Of a stretch of 10,212 bases of DNA, positions 1-7,926 are shown in pieces. The position numbers were made by a program, and so were the translations under genes. The notes beneath the pieces are model-generated. The model was not told where the DNA came from and did not search any database. It saw only the letters and a list, made by a program, of their open reading frames with translations. Numbering within the stretch: position 1 is the first letter of the stretch; every line of letters starts with the position of its first letter. Source of the DNA: a virus (Duplodnaviria; Heunggongvirae; Uroviricota; Caudoviricetes); the IMG/VR virus record IMGVR_UViG_2606217104_000013, one strand, 5' to 3'.

Positions 1-30
1 ACCCGCGAGGTCGCCGCCCCGTAACCTGTC
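1..30. other. cos site (lambda-type cosN cohesive-end sequence at the window edge)
   Basis: Positions 1-19 (acccgcgaggtcgccgccc) are the exact reverse complement of the lambda left-end sequence GGGCGGCGACCTCGCGGGT; the 12-nt cohesive end AGGTCGCCGCCC sits at 8-19. Downstream gene order (bor, Rz, R, S, Q, nin, P) matches a reverse-complemented lambda right arm. Confidence 0.6.
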
Positions 31-218
31 GGATCGCCGGAAAGGACCCGCAAAATGATAATAATTATCATCTACATGTCACAACGTGCATCTACGCCAT
101 CAAACCACGTCAAATAATCAATTATGACGCAGGTATCGTATTAATTGATCTGCGTCAACTTAACGTAAAAACAACTTCAGACAATACAAATCAGCGACAC
201 TGAATACGGGGCAACCTC

Positions 219-413
219 ATGTCAACGAAGAACAGAACCCGCAGAACAACAACCCGCAACATCCGCTTTCCTAACCAAATGATTGAACAAATTAACATCG
301 CTCTTGAGCAAAAAGGGTCTGGGAATTTCTCAGCCTGGGTCATTGAAGCCTGCCGTCGGAGACTAACGTCAGAAAAGAGAGCATATACATCAATCCAAAG
401 TGATGATGGATGA
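219..413 (+). CDS. Small basic protein, DUF3950 / YlcI-YnfO-like, conserved between bor and cos in lambdoid phages
   Basis: 64 aa ORF with ATG at 219; Arg/Thr-rich N-terminus (MSTKNRTRRTTTRNIRF) followed by a helical segment; position next to cos and bor matches the small right-end ORF of lambda and DLP12. Family assignment is from memory. Confidence 0.55.
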   Translation: MSTKNRTRRTTTRNIRFPNQMIEQINIALEQKGSGNFSAWVIEACRRRLTSEKRAYTSIQSDDG

Positions 414-772
414 ACATCCCGGTTTCTTCCACCATCGCACCGGAAAAGCGACTATGAGGGTAACCCTGCGTCTGTCAGCACAGTAAAACCCGGTGTGCAT
501 CGTTTTTGATTATTCCCGCACACTCACGCAGAAGGAATTCCCCGTCGGGCTACGGTCATGGTTAATGCGGGAATACGGCGACGATACAGCGCAGCTAAAA
601 GGGTAATGGACAGATAGAGCGGTTTATTTCATTCCACAGGATTCTGAGTGCCCCCCTCCTCCAATAGGCTGAGCATCCACCTATATAGTTTTAATTTTCA
701 TCAATCCATTTAACTATCGTTTAATTGTTGTCACATAGGATTCTGCCGTTTTTAACAATGCAGGATAATAAG

Positions 773-1066
773 ATGAAAAAAATGTTGTTTTCTGCCGCTC
801 TGGCAATGCTTATTACAGGATGTGCTCAACAGACGTTTACTGTTGGAAACAAACCGACAGCAGTAACACCAAAGGAAACCATCACCCATCACTTCTTCGT
901 TTCGGGAATTGGACAGGAGAAAACTGTTGATGCAGCCAAAATTTGTGGCGGCGCAGAAAATGTTGTTAAAACAGAAACCCAGCAAACATTCGTAAATGGA
1001 TTGCTCGGTTTTATTACTTTAGGCATTTATACTCCGCTGGAAGCGCGTGTGTATTGCTCACAATAA
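773..1066 (+). CDS. bor: Bor outer-membrane lipoprotein (serum-resistance moron)
   Basis: 97 aa from ATG 773 (AGGA 7 nt upstream); lipoprotein signal MKKMLFSAALAMLITGC with lipobox LITGC; sequence essentially lambda Bor. The ORF-track start at 725 is an upstream alternative start codon, not used here. Confidence 0.9.
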   Translation: MKKMLFSAALAMLITGCAQQTFTVGNKPTAVTPKETITHHFFVSGIGQEKTVDAAKICGGAENVVKTETQQTFVNGLLGFITLGIYTPLEARVYCSQ

Positions 1067-1077
1067 TTGCATGAGTT

Positions 1078-1093
1078 GCCCATCGATATGGGC
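1078..1093. terminator. Perfect 16-nt palindrome GCCCATCGATATGGGC between convergent bor and Rz; possible bidirectional terminator or hairpin
   Basis: 6-bp stem gcccat/atgggc with 4-nt loop, lying between the bor stop (1066) and the Rz stop (1098). No strong U-tract on either side. Confidence 0.3.
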
Positions 1094-1097
1094 AGCT

Positions 1098-1559
1098 CTA
1101 TCTGCACTGCTCATTAATATACGTCTGGGTTCCTTCCAGTTGTTTTTGCATAGTGATCAGCCTCTCTCTGAGGGTGAAATAATCCCGTTCAGCGGTGTCT
1201 GCCAGTCGGGGGGAGGCTGCATTATCCACGCCGGAGGCGGTGGTGGCTTCACGCACTGACTGACAGACTGCTTTGATGTGCAACCGACGACGACCAGCGG
1301 CAACATCATCACGCAGAGCATCATTTTCAGCTTTCGCATCAGCTAACTCCTTCGTGTATTTTGCATCGAGCGCAGCAACATCACGCTGACGCATCTGCAT
1401 GTCAGTAATTGCCGCGTTCGCCAGCTTCAGTTCTCTGGCATTTTTGTCGCGCTGGGCTTTGTAGGTAATGGCGTTATCACGGTAATGATTAACAGCCCAT
1501 GACAGGCAGACGATGATGCAGATAACCAGAGCGGAGATAATCGCGGTTACTCTGTTCAT
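1098..1559 (-). CDS. Rz: Rz i-spanin (inner-membrane spanin subunit)
   Basis: 153 aa from ATG at 1559 ([21 protein letters not shown]...), near-identical to lambda Rz: N-terminal TM segment plus coiled-coil periplasmic domain. Its ATG overlaps the R stop (ATGA). The ORF-track start at 1571 is an upstream GTG. Confidence 0.9.
   Translation of the reverse strand: MNRVTAIISALVICIIVCLSWAVNHYRDNAITYKAQRDKNARELKLANAAITDMQMRQRDVAALDAKYTKELADAKAENDALRDDVAAGRRRLHIKAVCQSVREATTASGVDNAASPRLADTAERDYFTLRERLITMQKQLEGTQTYINEQCR
1157..1339 (-). CDS. Rz1: Rz1 o-spanin (outer-membrane lipoprotein) embedded in the +1 frame of Rz
   Basis: 60 aa; lipobox LVVVGC then proline-rich [22 protein letters not shown], matching lambda Rz1; lies entirely inside Rz in another frame. 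Confidence 0.85.
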   Translation of the reverse strand: MRKLKMMLCVMMLPLVVVGCTSKQSVSQCVKPPPPPAWIMQPPPDWQTPLNGIISPSERG

Positions 1560-2053
1560 TGCTGACCCCACAAACAGATTTCACGCTCAATCTCACGACG
1601 AGTCATGAGACCTTTCCATTGCTTACCGCCAGCATATGTCCAGCGACGTAGCTGATCACATGCGCCTTTGATATCGCCCTGGTTTATTTTGCGAAGAAGC
1701 GTCGATGTTCTGAAATTGCCAGCACCCACGTTGTAAACGAATGAGTAAAGAGCGCCGCGCGTTGTTTCCGGTATATCGACTTCGATGTACGGGTTAATTT
1801 GTCTGGCGACAGTGGCAAGGTCTTTATTCAAGAGTGCTTTGCATTCTGCTTTGGTATACGTTTTACCGAGCATGATGTCTTTTCCTGTATGCCCGTGACA
1901 TACAGTCCATACACCAACAATATCTTTGTATGGTATGTAGCTGACACCTTCCAGACCATCGTTACCACTTGGGCCAGTGATTAACACTGATGCTATAGCA
2001 ATTGCTCCGCCACCAATAGCAGCAGCAACGGCTTTTCGTAATGATGGAGGCAT
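1556..2053 (-). CDS. R: SAR endolysin (phage 21 R21-like, T4-lysozyme-fold muramidase with signal-anchor-release domain)
   Basis: 165 aa; N-terminal Gly/Ala-rich weakly hydrophobic SAR segment ([20 protein letters not shown]); catalytic E...D...T spacing in [16 protein letters not shown]; start ATG overlaps the S stop (TAATG). Confidence 0.9.
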   Translation of the reverse strand: MPPSLRKAVAAAIGGGAIAIASVLITGPSGNDGLEGVSYIPYKDIVGVWTVCHGHTGKDIMLGKTYTKAECKALLNKDLATVARQINPYIEVDIPETTRGALYSFVYNVGAGNFRTSTLLRKINQGDIKGACDQLRRWTYAGGKQWKGLMTRREIEREICLWGQQ

Positions 2054-2268
2054 TATTCACCTCTCGCAGCCTTGCGCTTATCTTCTTTAATCTTGAAATA
2101 AAGGTTTGTCAGGTACGTCAGCAGGCCAAATACCAGGCTACCCAGCACACCTATTGCTGCCCACTGTGAGGGCGTGACTTTATCGAGCAGCTGTAAAAAC
2201 CAGTAACCGGCACTACCTGCTGAGGTGCCATAGGCGACACCCGTTGTTAACTTATCCATGGATTTCAT
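2053..2268 (-). CDS. S: Class II holin / pinholin (phage 21 S21-like)
   Basis: 71 aa from ATG 2268 (MKSMDK dual-start motif, strong GAGGTGGGG RBS); two TM segments, charged C-terminus [13 protein letters not shown]. The ORF-track extension to 2313 is an upstream alternative start. Confidence 0.85.
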
Positions 2269-2396
2269 AACCCCACCTCGCAGACAAAGCGGGTGTAAAT
2301 TGAGGGAATACAACGTATCGCAAAAAAGCAGAAACGTAACAGACTCGGAGTCAGTGAATAACTCAGGTATTGGGTTATCAGCTAATATCGAGACTC

Positions 2397-2430
2397 AAAA
2401 AATGGAAAAACCCGCTCGACGGCGGGTTTA
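2397..2430 (-). terminator. Rho-independent terminator on the minus strand, about 130 nt upstream of S
   Basis: Minus-strand RNA reads AAACCCGCC-GUCGA-GCGGGUUU followed by UUCCAUUUUUU (8-bp stem, U-tract). Confidence 0.5.
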
Positions 2431-2856
2431 AGCTGTGTGACGAAGTAACCACTCTTAACAGCATAACCAATTTTTTACGTACGTAAACCACTAAATGATA
2501 TTTGCGAGAATGCTACCGAGTATTGAAAACACCACTACAAATACATAAGCAAATCTCAACAAATAACCAACAAATAATTTCCAGCGTTATTTTTAGCCGA
2601 TTTAAATTGAACCTTCAAATTATAGAGCACTTATAAATAACAGCCATTAATATAAATTGGCTAATAGATTTATTTTTATTCAGCCAAGAGCCATGAATAG
2701 GATTCGATAGAAAAAGTTCAGATAAAAATAGAGATCTACTTCACAAATCAAATGAGAAACCAAAACTTACATCTTGAAATAATCACATTGATTAGATGAA
2801 TATTTATCGCGCAGTGACATCATTTTTTAATAATAGTTCAAAAAAAAGGGCTCACG

Positions 2857-3939
2857 ATGAAAAAATTAACAGTGGCAATTTCTGCTGTAGCTGCATCAGT
2901 ACTGATGGCGATGTCTGCTCAGGCAGCTGAAATTTATAATAAAGACAGTAACAAGCTGGATCTGTACGGGAAAGTTAATGCTAAGCACTACTTCTCCTCT
3001 AATGATGCAGATGATGGTGATACTACTTATGCCCGTCTTGGCTTCAAAGGTGAAACCCAAATCAACGATCAACTGACTGGTTTCGGTCAGTGGGAATATG
3101 AATTCAAAGGCAACCGCGCTGAATCTCAAGGTTCCTCCAAAGATAAAACCCGTCTTGCCTTCGCTGGCCTGAAATTCGGTGACTACGGCTCCATCGATTA
3201 TGGCCGTAACTACGGTGTAGCATACGATATTGGTGCATGGACCGACGTTCTGCCAGAATTCGGTGGCGATACCTGGACCCAAACAGATGTATTCATGACT
3301 GGTCGCACCACAGGTGTTGCAACTTATCGTAACAATGACTTCTTTGGTCTGGTTGATGGTCTGAACTTTGCTGCTCAGTATCAGGGTAAAAATGACCGTA
3401 CTGACGTAACTCAAGCTAATGGTGATGGTTTCGGTTTCTCCACTACTTATGAGTATGAAGGTTTCGGCGTAGGTGCAACCTATGCTAAATCTGACCGCAC
3501 TAATAATCAGGTTATCTACGGTAACAACAGCCTGAATGCATCTGGTCAAAATGCTGAAGTATGGGCAGCTGGTCTGAAATATGATGCGAACAACATCTAT
3601 CTGGCTACTACCTATTCTGAAACCCAAAACATGACTGTTTTTGGTAAAAACCATATTGCCAACAAAGCACAAAACTTCGAAGTAGTTGCACAATATCAGT
3701 TCGACTTCGGTCTGCGTCCGTCCGTTGCTTATCTGCAATCTAAAGGGAAAGACTTGGGTGCTTGGGGTGATCAGGACCTGGTTGAATATATTGATGTAGG
3801 TGCAACCTATTACTTCAACAAAAATATGTCCACTTTTGTTGACTACAAAATCAACCTGATTGATAAGAGCGATTTCACGAAAGCATCTGGCGTTGCTACC
3901 GATGATATCGTTGCTGTAGGTATGGTTTACCAGTTCTAA
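2857..3939 (+). CDS. nmpC: General diffusion porin, OmpC/OmpF/PhoE family (prophage-borne Lc/NmpC-type moron)
   Basis: 360 aa; signal peptide [23 protein letters not shown] then AEIYNKD; many Gly/Tyr/Asp/Asn beta-strand repeats; C-terminal VYQF aromatic beta-barrel signature. Sits antisense between Q and S as in DLP12 and PA-2. Symbol given by family and context, not by search. Confidence 0.85.
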   Translation: MKKLTVAISAVAASVLMAMSAQAAEIYNKDSNKLDLYGKVNAKHYFSSNDADDGDTTYARLGFKGETQINDQLTGFGQWEYEFKGNRAESQGSSKDKTRLAFAGLKFGDYGSIDYGRNYGVAYDIGAWTDVLPEFGGDTWTQTDVFMTGRTTGVATYRNNDFFGLVDGLNFAAQYQGKNDRTDVTQANGDGFGFSTTYEYEGFGVGATYAKSDRTNNQVIYGNNSLNASGQNAEVWAAGLKYDANNIYLATTYSETQNMTVFGKNHIANKAQNFEVVAQYQFDFGLRPSVAYLQSKGKDLGAWGDQDLVEYIDVGATYYFNKNMSTFVDYKINLIDKSDFTKASGVATDDIVAVGMVYQF

Positions 3940-3954
3940 TTTGATTACTAAAAG

Positions 3955-3987
3955 ATATGTTGGGGAGGCTTTGCCTCCCCAACATAT
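3955..3987 (-). terminator. Strong 15-bp GC-rich hairpin; candidate late terminator tR' on the minus strand
   Basis: atatgttggggaggc-ttt-gcctccccaacatat; on the minus strand it is followed by AUAUCUUUUAG, and it lies about 170 nt downstream of the Q stop, the expected tR' distance. Two more hairpins follow at 3988-4009 and 4013-4036. Confidence 0.35.
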
Positions 3988-4075
3988 AAGTGGCTCCCTC
4001 AAGCCACTTCCTTTAGAAGCACAACCTTGCTTCTAACTATATAAACCTTCTGTTATATATTACCCTTTATTTTTG

Positions 4076-4100
4076 GGGGCGTTTCAACGCCCCATTTTTA
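4076..4100 (+). terminator. Rho-independent terminator on the plus strand downstream of the porin gene
   Basis: GGGGCG-tttcaa-CGCCCC followed by ATTTTTAATAATTTTTA; T-tract only in the plus direction. It would stop porin transcription from running antisense into Q. Confidence 0.6.
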
Positions 4101-4126
4101 ATAATTTTTAGTAAACAATTGGCATA

Positions 4127-4510
4127 TTAATTAGAGTTATTAACAACGATATCCATCTCTAACCGGATATCTAATGCCATTAACATCCCTTCAATTATGC
4201 CCTCAGCCTTCTGTAACCTTTTCCCGATATAACCATCAGAGCAGCAATGCTTACCTGCCAGTGACATGAATGTCATACCGACTACATAATAATCTACTAA
4301 TAAATCGTGCAAATCGCTGTTGTTCTTTTTCAGACGGGCCATGCACCCGCAAATGATCATCGCGTCATCGTCACAACATTGCGGGCGAGATTTTACTTTT
4401 GAAGTAATTAATCCCTTAAAACCGGCGGCAATGGACGACCAGGTCACATCTTCATGATTATTAGCCGCCCACGCTCCCCAACGCTCAAGAACCATCTGAA
4501 TATCACGCAT
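4127..4510 (-). CDS. Q: Late-gene antiterminator Q (small DLP12 QuuD / phage-21-type)
   Basis: 127 aa from ATG 4510 ([24 protein letters not shown]...); Cys-rich core ([16 protein letters not shown] ... KHCCSDGY) typical of small Q antiterminators; sits immediately upstream of the lysis cassette. The ORF-track start at 4525 is a TTG. Confidence 0.8.
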   Translation of the reverse strand: MRDIQMVLERWGAWAANNHEDVTWSSIAAGFKGLITSKVKSRPQCCDDDAMIICGCMARLKKNNSDLHDLLVDYYVVGMTFMSLAGKHCCSDGYIGKRLQKAEGIIEGMLMALDIRLEMDIVVNNSN

Positions 4511-4595
4511 CAACTTACTCCACAAAAATCAGACCAGAACGCCAATTACAAGCAAAAATCAACGAAACAGTATTAGTTGATTGTTATCTCTGACT

Positions 4596-4718
4596 TCATA
4601 CTCCTGCTCCTGTCAGGGTTTTGGCGTAATTCTTCAGTATTCGGTAATCGGTCAAAACAGAACCGGGGAAACGATATAAGCGCAGACGCCCCCAGCGGTG
4701 GCGAAGACGTTCTGCCAT
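4596..4718 (-). CDS. Small basic ORF (40 aa) between rusA and Q, in the YlcG position
   Basis: ATG at 4718, 14 nt after the rusA stop; MAERLRHRWGRLRLYRFPGSVLTDYRILKNYAKTLTGAGV; no strong SD, so expression would rely on coupling. Not in the ORF track (under 60 aa). Confidence 0.3.
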   Translation of the reverse strand: MAERLRHRWGRLRLYRFPGSVLTDYRILKNYAKTLTGAGV

Positions 4719-4732
4719 ATAAAACTCAAACA

Positions 4733-5095
4733 TCATTCATTCCCCATTTCGGTGATGGTCAGTTCCAGCCTCCCACCTTTGGTAACAGGCATCTTCACAA
4801 CGCGGTAATCAACGACCTGAGCATCATCCAGCCAGAAACCTGCTTTAGTGAGTGCGTCAAAAGCGGCTTTTTGCAGATTATCCAGGTCACGGCGACGGCG
4901 ATCCGGCATGTGGCACTCAATGCGGATTTTCACAGGCATAGCCAAGCCGATATCCAGCATTGCGTTTTTAATGATTCGGGCGACGTTATCGCGGTATGCC
5001 TGCCCCTCTGCGCTGACGTGCGTGCGCCCGCGATTATGGCGGTAATAGCGATTATTGCTCGGAGGCCAGGGTAATGTGATGCTGTAGGTATTCAC
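4733..5095 (-). CDS. rusA: RusA Holliday-junction resolvase
   Basis: 120 aa from GTG at 5095 ([37 protein letters not shown]...), matching the RusA family over its full length; the GTG start overlaps the ybcO stop (GTGA). The ORF-track N-terminal extension to 5158 is not part of the protein. Confidence 0.9.
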   Translation of the reverse strand: MNTYSITLPWPPSNNRYYRHNRGRTHVSAEGQAYRDNVARIIKNAMLDIGLAMPVKIRIECHMPDRRRRDLDNLQKAAFDALTKAGFWLDDAQVVDYRVVKMPVTKGGRLELTITEMGNE

Positions 5096-5382
5096 GCCTT
5101 GATTACCCCCTCTTTCAGCCAGATAACCTGCGTTCTCGCCATACCTTCCAGCGCGCATTCTTTTGCGTACTCAGCATCGACAAAATGCGTGCGGCGGTCG
5201 ATTTCGTCGTGACAGGCAGAACAGGCAATGGTGGCAATAAGGTCTGGCGGTTTAATACCGGTGCCACACAGTCCAGCCAGCCGGATATGTGCCAGTACAG
5301 ACGTTTCAGGGTTGCCATTGCATACGCCAGGGATTCTTACCTGGCATTCGCGACCACGCGCTGCTTTTCTCAAATCAGCCAT
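5092..5382 (-). CDS. ybcO: YbcO-like DUF1364 protein (putative Zn-binding nuclease of the nin region)
   Basis: 96 aa from ATG 5382 ([23 protein letters not shown]...); Cys/His cluster (CQ...C...CSACHDEID); start overlaps the ninE stop (ATGGCTGA). Confidence 0.8.
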   Translation of the reverse strand: MADLRKAARGRECQVRIPGVCNGNPETSVLAHIRLAGLCGTGIKPPDLIATIACSACHDEIDRRTHFVDAEYAKECALEGMARTQVIWLKEGVIKA

Positions 5383-5545
5383 GATTCCTCCTTGCTGCCA
5401 GTCGCAACCATTTTTTATCAACCAGGCTGGCGGTATATCCGAGCCGTGTTGGTATTTCGGATGGTTTTAGCTCAGGCTTACGCTTACGACGATTTGGTAC
5501 TCTGTAGATGTGTCCGTTCATGACACGAATAAGCGGTGTAGCCAT
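5375..5545 (-). CDS. ninE: NinE
   Basis: 56 aa translated by hand from the minus strand: [59 protein letters not shown] overlaps the ybcN stop (TAATG). Absent from the ORF track because it is under 60 aa. Confidence 0.8.
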   Translation of the reverse strand: MATPLIRVMNGHIYRVPNRRKRKPELKPSEIPTRLGYTASLVDKKWLRLAARRNHG

Positions 5546-6000
5546 TACGCCTCCTGCTTGTCGCGCAGCAGCTGGAACTCGCAGCTCTGCGGAATAGTCA
5601 GGTGGCAGCCAATATTCATCGCCCAGGCTTCAACCTTACACAGGAAGACATACATCTCTCCGGTATCAAGATCGGAGGTATGGCGTAACGACTGGATAGT
5701 AGTGATTTCGCCGGTTACGACATCAACCAGGTCCTTGGTTTCATAACCGAGGTATGTGTGTTTGAGAGCATCTTTTACCCATGCTGCGGTAGCGAACGAT
5801 TTCCCCCTGCGGATAAGGTATTCACTGATTTCGCTGTACCACATGTGGCTAAGTGCATTCTGGGAAAGACTGCGTCTCTCGCGCCACGGTTTAAGCACCA
5901 TGCGAAAGCACTTGCCGTCTTCCAAATAAGGCTGGAGCTGCTGACCGATAGCGGTGAAGTTACCGCGATGCAGTTTGATGCCGTCTTGTGGGAGGTTCAC
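5545..6000 (-). CDS. ybcN: YbcN-like protein (DLP12 YbcN family, occupying the NinB position)
   Basis: 151 aa; GTG start at 6000 with GGAGG 7 nt upstream; first gene of the overlapping ybcN-ninE-ybcO-rusA string. Confidence 0.8.
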   Translation of the reverse strand: MNLPQDGIKLHRGNFTAIGQQLQPYLEDGKCFRMVLKPWRERRSLSQNALSHMWYSEISEYLIRRGKSFATAAWVKDALKHTYLGYETKDLVDVVTGEITTIQSLRHTSDLDTGEMYVFLCKVEAWAMNIGCHLTIPQSCEFQLLRDKQEA

Positions 6001-6035
6001 GCTTCACCTCCGCAGAGGTCAAACGCTGGATAAAG

Positions 6036-6128
6036 AAAATCGCAGGTGCATTTCTGCATCTGTGACGGGAGAAGATAGTTTAGATTGTATGTGCGCATAA
6101 ACGTCCCCGTTTAGCGCAGAAGTCACCG
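6036..6128. repeat. Direct repeat copy 1 (~93 bp) with internal imperfect palindrome TGCGCATAAACG-TCCC-CGTTTAGCGCA
   Basis: 93 bp matching 8358-8450 at a constant offset of 2322 bp with 5 mismatches; palindrome at 6092-6118; followed by an 11-bp-stem hairpin at 6121-6151 (agtcaccggag / ctccggtgact). Confidence 0.85.
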
Positions 6129-6221
6129 GAGGAGTTCAAACTCCGGTGACTTAATTATGACAAGTTGATTATTGAAAATCAAAAGTCATTTAAACAATAA
6201 TGATACCCAGCAAGAGATTTC

Positions 6222-6623
6222 TTATTTTAACTCATAGATCAGACAGTCAACGATTTCTAAACCATTTACCATAGAATTAGAAACGCGAACTTTACCATCG
6301 TTGACTCTAGCAAATCCTTTTAACATTTTATAAACAAAAGCTGAATCCCCCTTAGCCTCAATTGCTTCTAATGGTATCGGCTTATACTTTTTTGATATGC
6401 TATTTCTATTTATCTCACTGATTTTTCTATATATTTCTGCCGGCCCACGTTCTGAGAAGTCACTGATAACTAAAATATATCTCCAAGATAGATCTGGGTA
6501 ATAAAACCACATTGCAGCATCAATAGTTAAATTCTGTAACTTGAGTTTTTTTAACAAAAATTGACCTGAGAATTCCATATCTTTTGTCAACTCTCTGCCG
6601 ATTACCAGTGTGCTTTTACCCAT
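6222..6623 (-). CDS. Hypothetical 133 aa protein, second gene of the AT-rich two-gene operon (possible partner/antitoxin-like component)
   Basis: ATG at 6623 with GGAG 8 nt upstream; start lies 22 nt inside the 3' end of the upstream gene; roughly 35% GC against about 50-55% in flanking phage genes; no family recognised. Confidence 0.6.
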   Translation of the reverse strand: MGKSTLVIGRELTKDMEFSGQFLLKKLKLQNLTIDAAMWFYYPDLSWRYILVISDFSERGPAEIYRKISEINRNSISKKYKPIPLEAIEAKGDSAFVYKMLKGFARVNDGKVRVSNSMVNGLEIVDCLIYELK

Positions 6624-7018
6624 TTCAAAACTCCAGAATTTTGGTCACCTACAGCATCAAACAATTGTTCGGCCATAGCTTTACTTATGTTATTGTCGTA
6701 TCTAAATTGCTCGCTCCAGTCTTTAACGACCGACCAGTTAATCTCCAACGAAACATCATTTTTTGCGTCAGCAATCAAAATTTGATGTAAGTTGGCAATT
6801 TTGAGAAGTTGCGACAAATCATGAGTATATGAATCATTTACGACTTTTTTGTTTGGAAACTCATGTTGTAAAAATGACTTGGCAATACAGGCCTTCAATG
6901 CACATTCAACTGCATACCCACAAAGATAATATGCACCATGAAAAAAGCCATGATCAAGCAAGCATTTGGCCTCATTAAGCCTAGTGTCAGATAATGCTTC
7001 AAGGTCGTTTTTATTCAT
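6602..7018 (-). CDS. HEPN-like domain protein (138 aa), first gene of the AT-rich two-gene operon
   Basis: ATG at 7018; helical protein with HEPN-like signatures: YAVECALKACIA (cf. QAxEKxLKAxL), THDLSQL, and a C-terminal FRYD motif. The canonical Rx4-6H arginine is replaced (VNDSYTHD), so the assignment is tentative. Confidence 0.55.
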   Translation of the reverse strand: MNKNDLEALSDTRLNEAKCLLDHGFFHGAYYLCGYAVECALKACIAKSFLQHEFPNKKVVNDSYTHDLSQLLKIANLHQILIADAKNDVSLEINWSVVKDWSEQFRYDNNISKAMAEQLFDAVGDQNSGVLKWVKAHW

Positions 7019-7021
7019 ACA

Positions 7022-7081
7022 ATTATAACTTGAATTATCCTAATTTTTATGATTATACCCTTATCAGGTATGATGTAGGAA
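7022..7081 (-). promoter_or_regulatory. Candidate sigma70 promoter(s) for the AT-rich operon
   Basis: Minus strand reads TTCCTA-18 nt-TATAAT (plus 7081-7076 and 7057-7052). A second TATAAT (plus 7027-7022) ends 3 nt before the ATG, so the mRNA may be leaderless or short-leadered; no SD precedes the ATG. Confidence 0.3.
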
Positions 7082-7317
7082 CTGAAAACAATATTGGATA
7101 TCATTTTCGGTATTTCTCTGCAAATTCCAGCCCACAGGATCTCGGTGTACAATCTGTCGCTGATCGCGCAAATTTAGGGTCAATCACTTCATTTTTTGCA
7201 TCAAACCCTCACTAACATCGAACGATTATAGTACAAGTAGTGTTCTTGACTTCTCATTAAACCGTCAGCATTCAATTAATTACAAAATACTAGCGGCATT
7301 TCTCTCCCGCAACTTTA

Positions 7318-7926
7318 TTACAGCCGTTCAGAACGTAAATGCGTCAATACTCGACTCCACTTATCATCCTGCCACGGCCGGAATTTTACATGTGCCGTTT
7401 CTCTGGCAAGGATTGCCTGTGCCTTATTGAGTATCCGGGGATATTCTTGTTCGATTGAAGTGAAGCGACCGGCTTCGCGGTGTTCTGCTACCTGAAGAAG
7501 CGGAGTGACGTTTTGGCAAGCGGTTAACATTGTGTCACTTGCCCGCCATAACCAAGCAAGTGTGCAAAGTTCGTTATCAGTGAATTGTTTTGTGATTGGG
7601 GATTGTTGAATTTCTCGATCGAGAATATCCAGCACCCAGCGGCGGAATTCTTTGGCCACAGGAGTGCGGGCGAACATGGCGATCAGATGGGCGCCACGGA
7701 GGGAGAAAATGCGAGTCTTCTTACGATAATTTCCTGAGGTCGTTGATTCGACGACCTGAGACATTCCGTCAGTAAACTCATCAATATTTTTGTTGTAGAT
7801 GTCGGTTACTGCTTTGGTGCTGGCATATTTTAATGCTGCCGCCAATTCTTTGCTGGTAAACCAGATCTGGTTGTTGTGATTTATAGGAGTGAATTTTACA
7901 TCGCGGAATGCGAGCTGAGTGACCAT
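7318..7926 (-). CDS. Bro-N domain protein (Roi / antirepressor-like)
   Basis: Bro-N-like N-terminal domain (LAFRDVKFTPINHNNQIWFTSKELAAALKY ... RIFSLRGAHLIAMFARTPVAKEFRRWVLDIL). Start is uncertain: ATG 7926 (202 aa) is preferred; in-frame ATG 8061 (247 aa) is possible. The ORF-track start at 8163 lies upstream of an intrinsic terminator and is unlikely. Confidence 0.5.
   Translation of the reverse strand: MVTQLAFRDVKFTPINHNNQIWFTSKELAAALKYASTKAVTDIYNKNIDEFTDGMSQVVESTTSGNYRKKTRIFSLRGAHLIAMFARTPVAKEFRRWVLDILDREIQQSPITKQFTDNELCTLAWLWRASDTMLTACQNVTPLLQVAEHREAGRFTSIEQEYPRILNKAQAILARETAHVKFRPWQDDKWSRVLTHLRSERL

Noticed and set aside
725-1259. bor start at 725, and ORFs 752-985 (-) and 1047-1259 (+)
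   Set aside because: The 725 start is an alternative start codon upstream of the canonical MKK lipoprotein signal at 773; the other two are antisense shadows of bor and Rz.
1799-1984. 61 aa plus-strand ORF inside the endolysin gene
   Set aside because: Antisense shadow of R.
2896-4002. 368 aa minus-strand ORF covering the whole porin gene
   Set aside because: Antisense shadow of the porin CDS; Cys/Thr/Ile-rich low-complexity translation with no start context; the porin on the plus strand fully explains the region.
3940-4126. tRNA genes between Q and the lysis genes, as found in some Stx-type lambdoid phages
   Set aside because: No T-loop-like GTTCGA/GTTCAA motif or cloverleaf could be recognised; the hairpins look like terminator or regulatory structures.
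4577-5074. 165 aa plus-strand ORF (and the 65 aa ORF at 4848-5045) opposite rusA and the small ylcG-like ORF
   Set aside because: Lie antisense to well-supported nin genes; no RBS; implausible composition.
5115-5318. 67 aa minus-strand ORF in an alternative frame within ybcO
   Set aside because: Out-of-frame overlap with a conserved gene; no independent support.
5185-6033. Plus-strand ORFs 5185-5523, 5228-5470, 5510-5746 and 5758-6033
   Set aside because: Shadow ORFs opposite ybcO, ninE and ybcN; the overlapping, coupled minus-strand genes are the coherent reading.
6584-7215. Plus-strand ORFs 6584-6790 and 6994-7215
   Set aside because: One is antisense to the HEPN-like gene and the other lies in its promoter region; no RBS and low-complexity translation.
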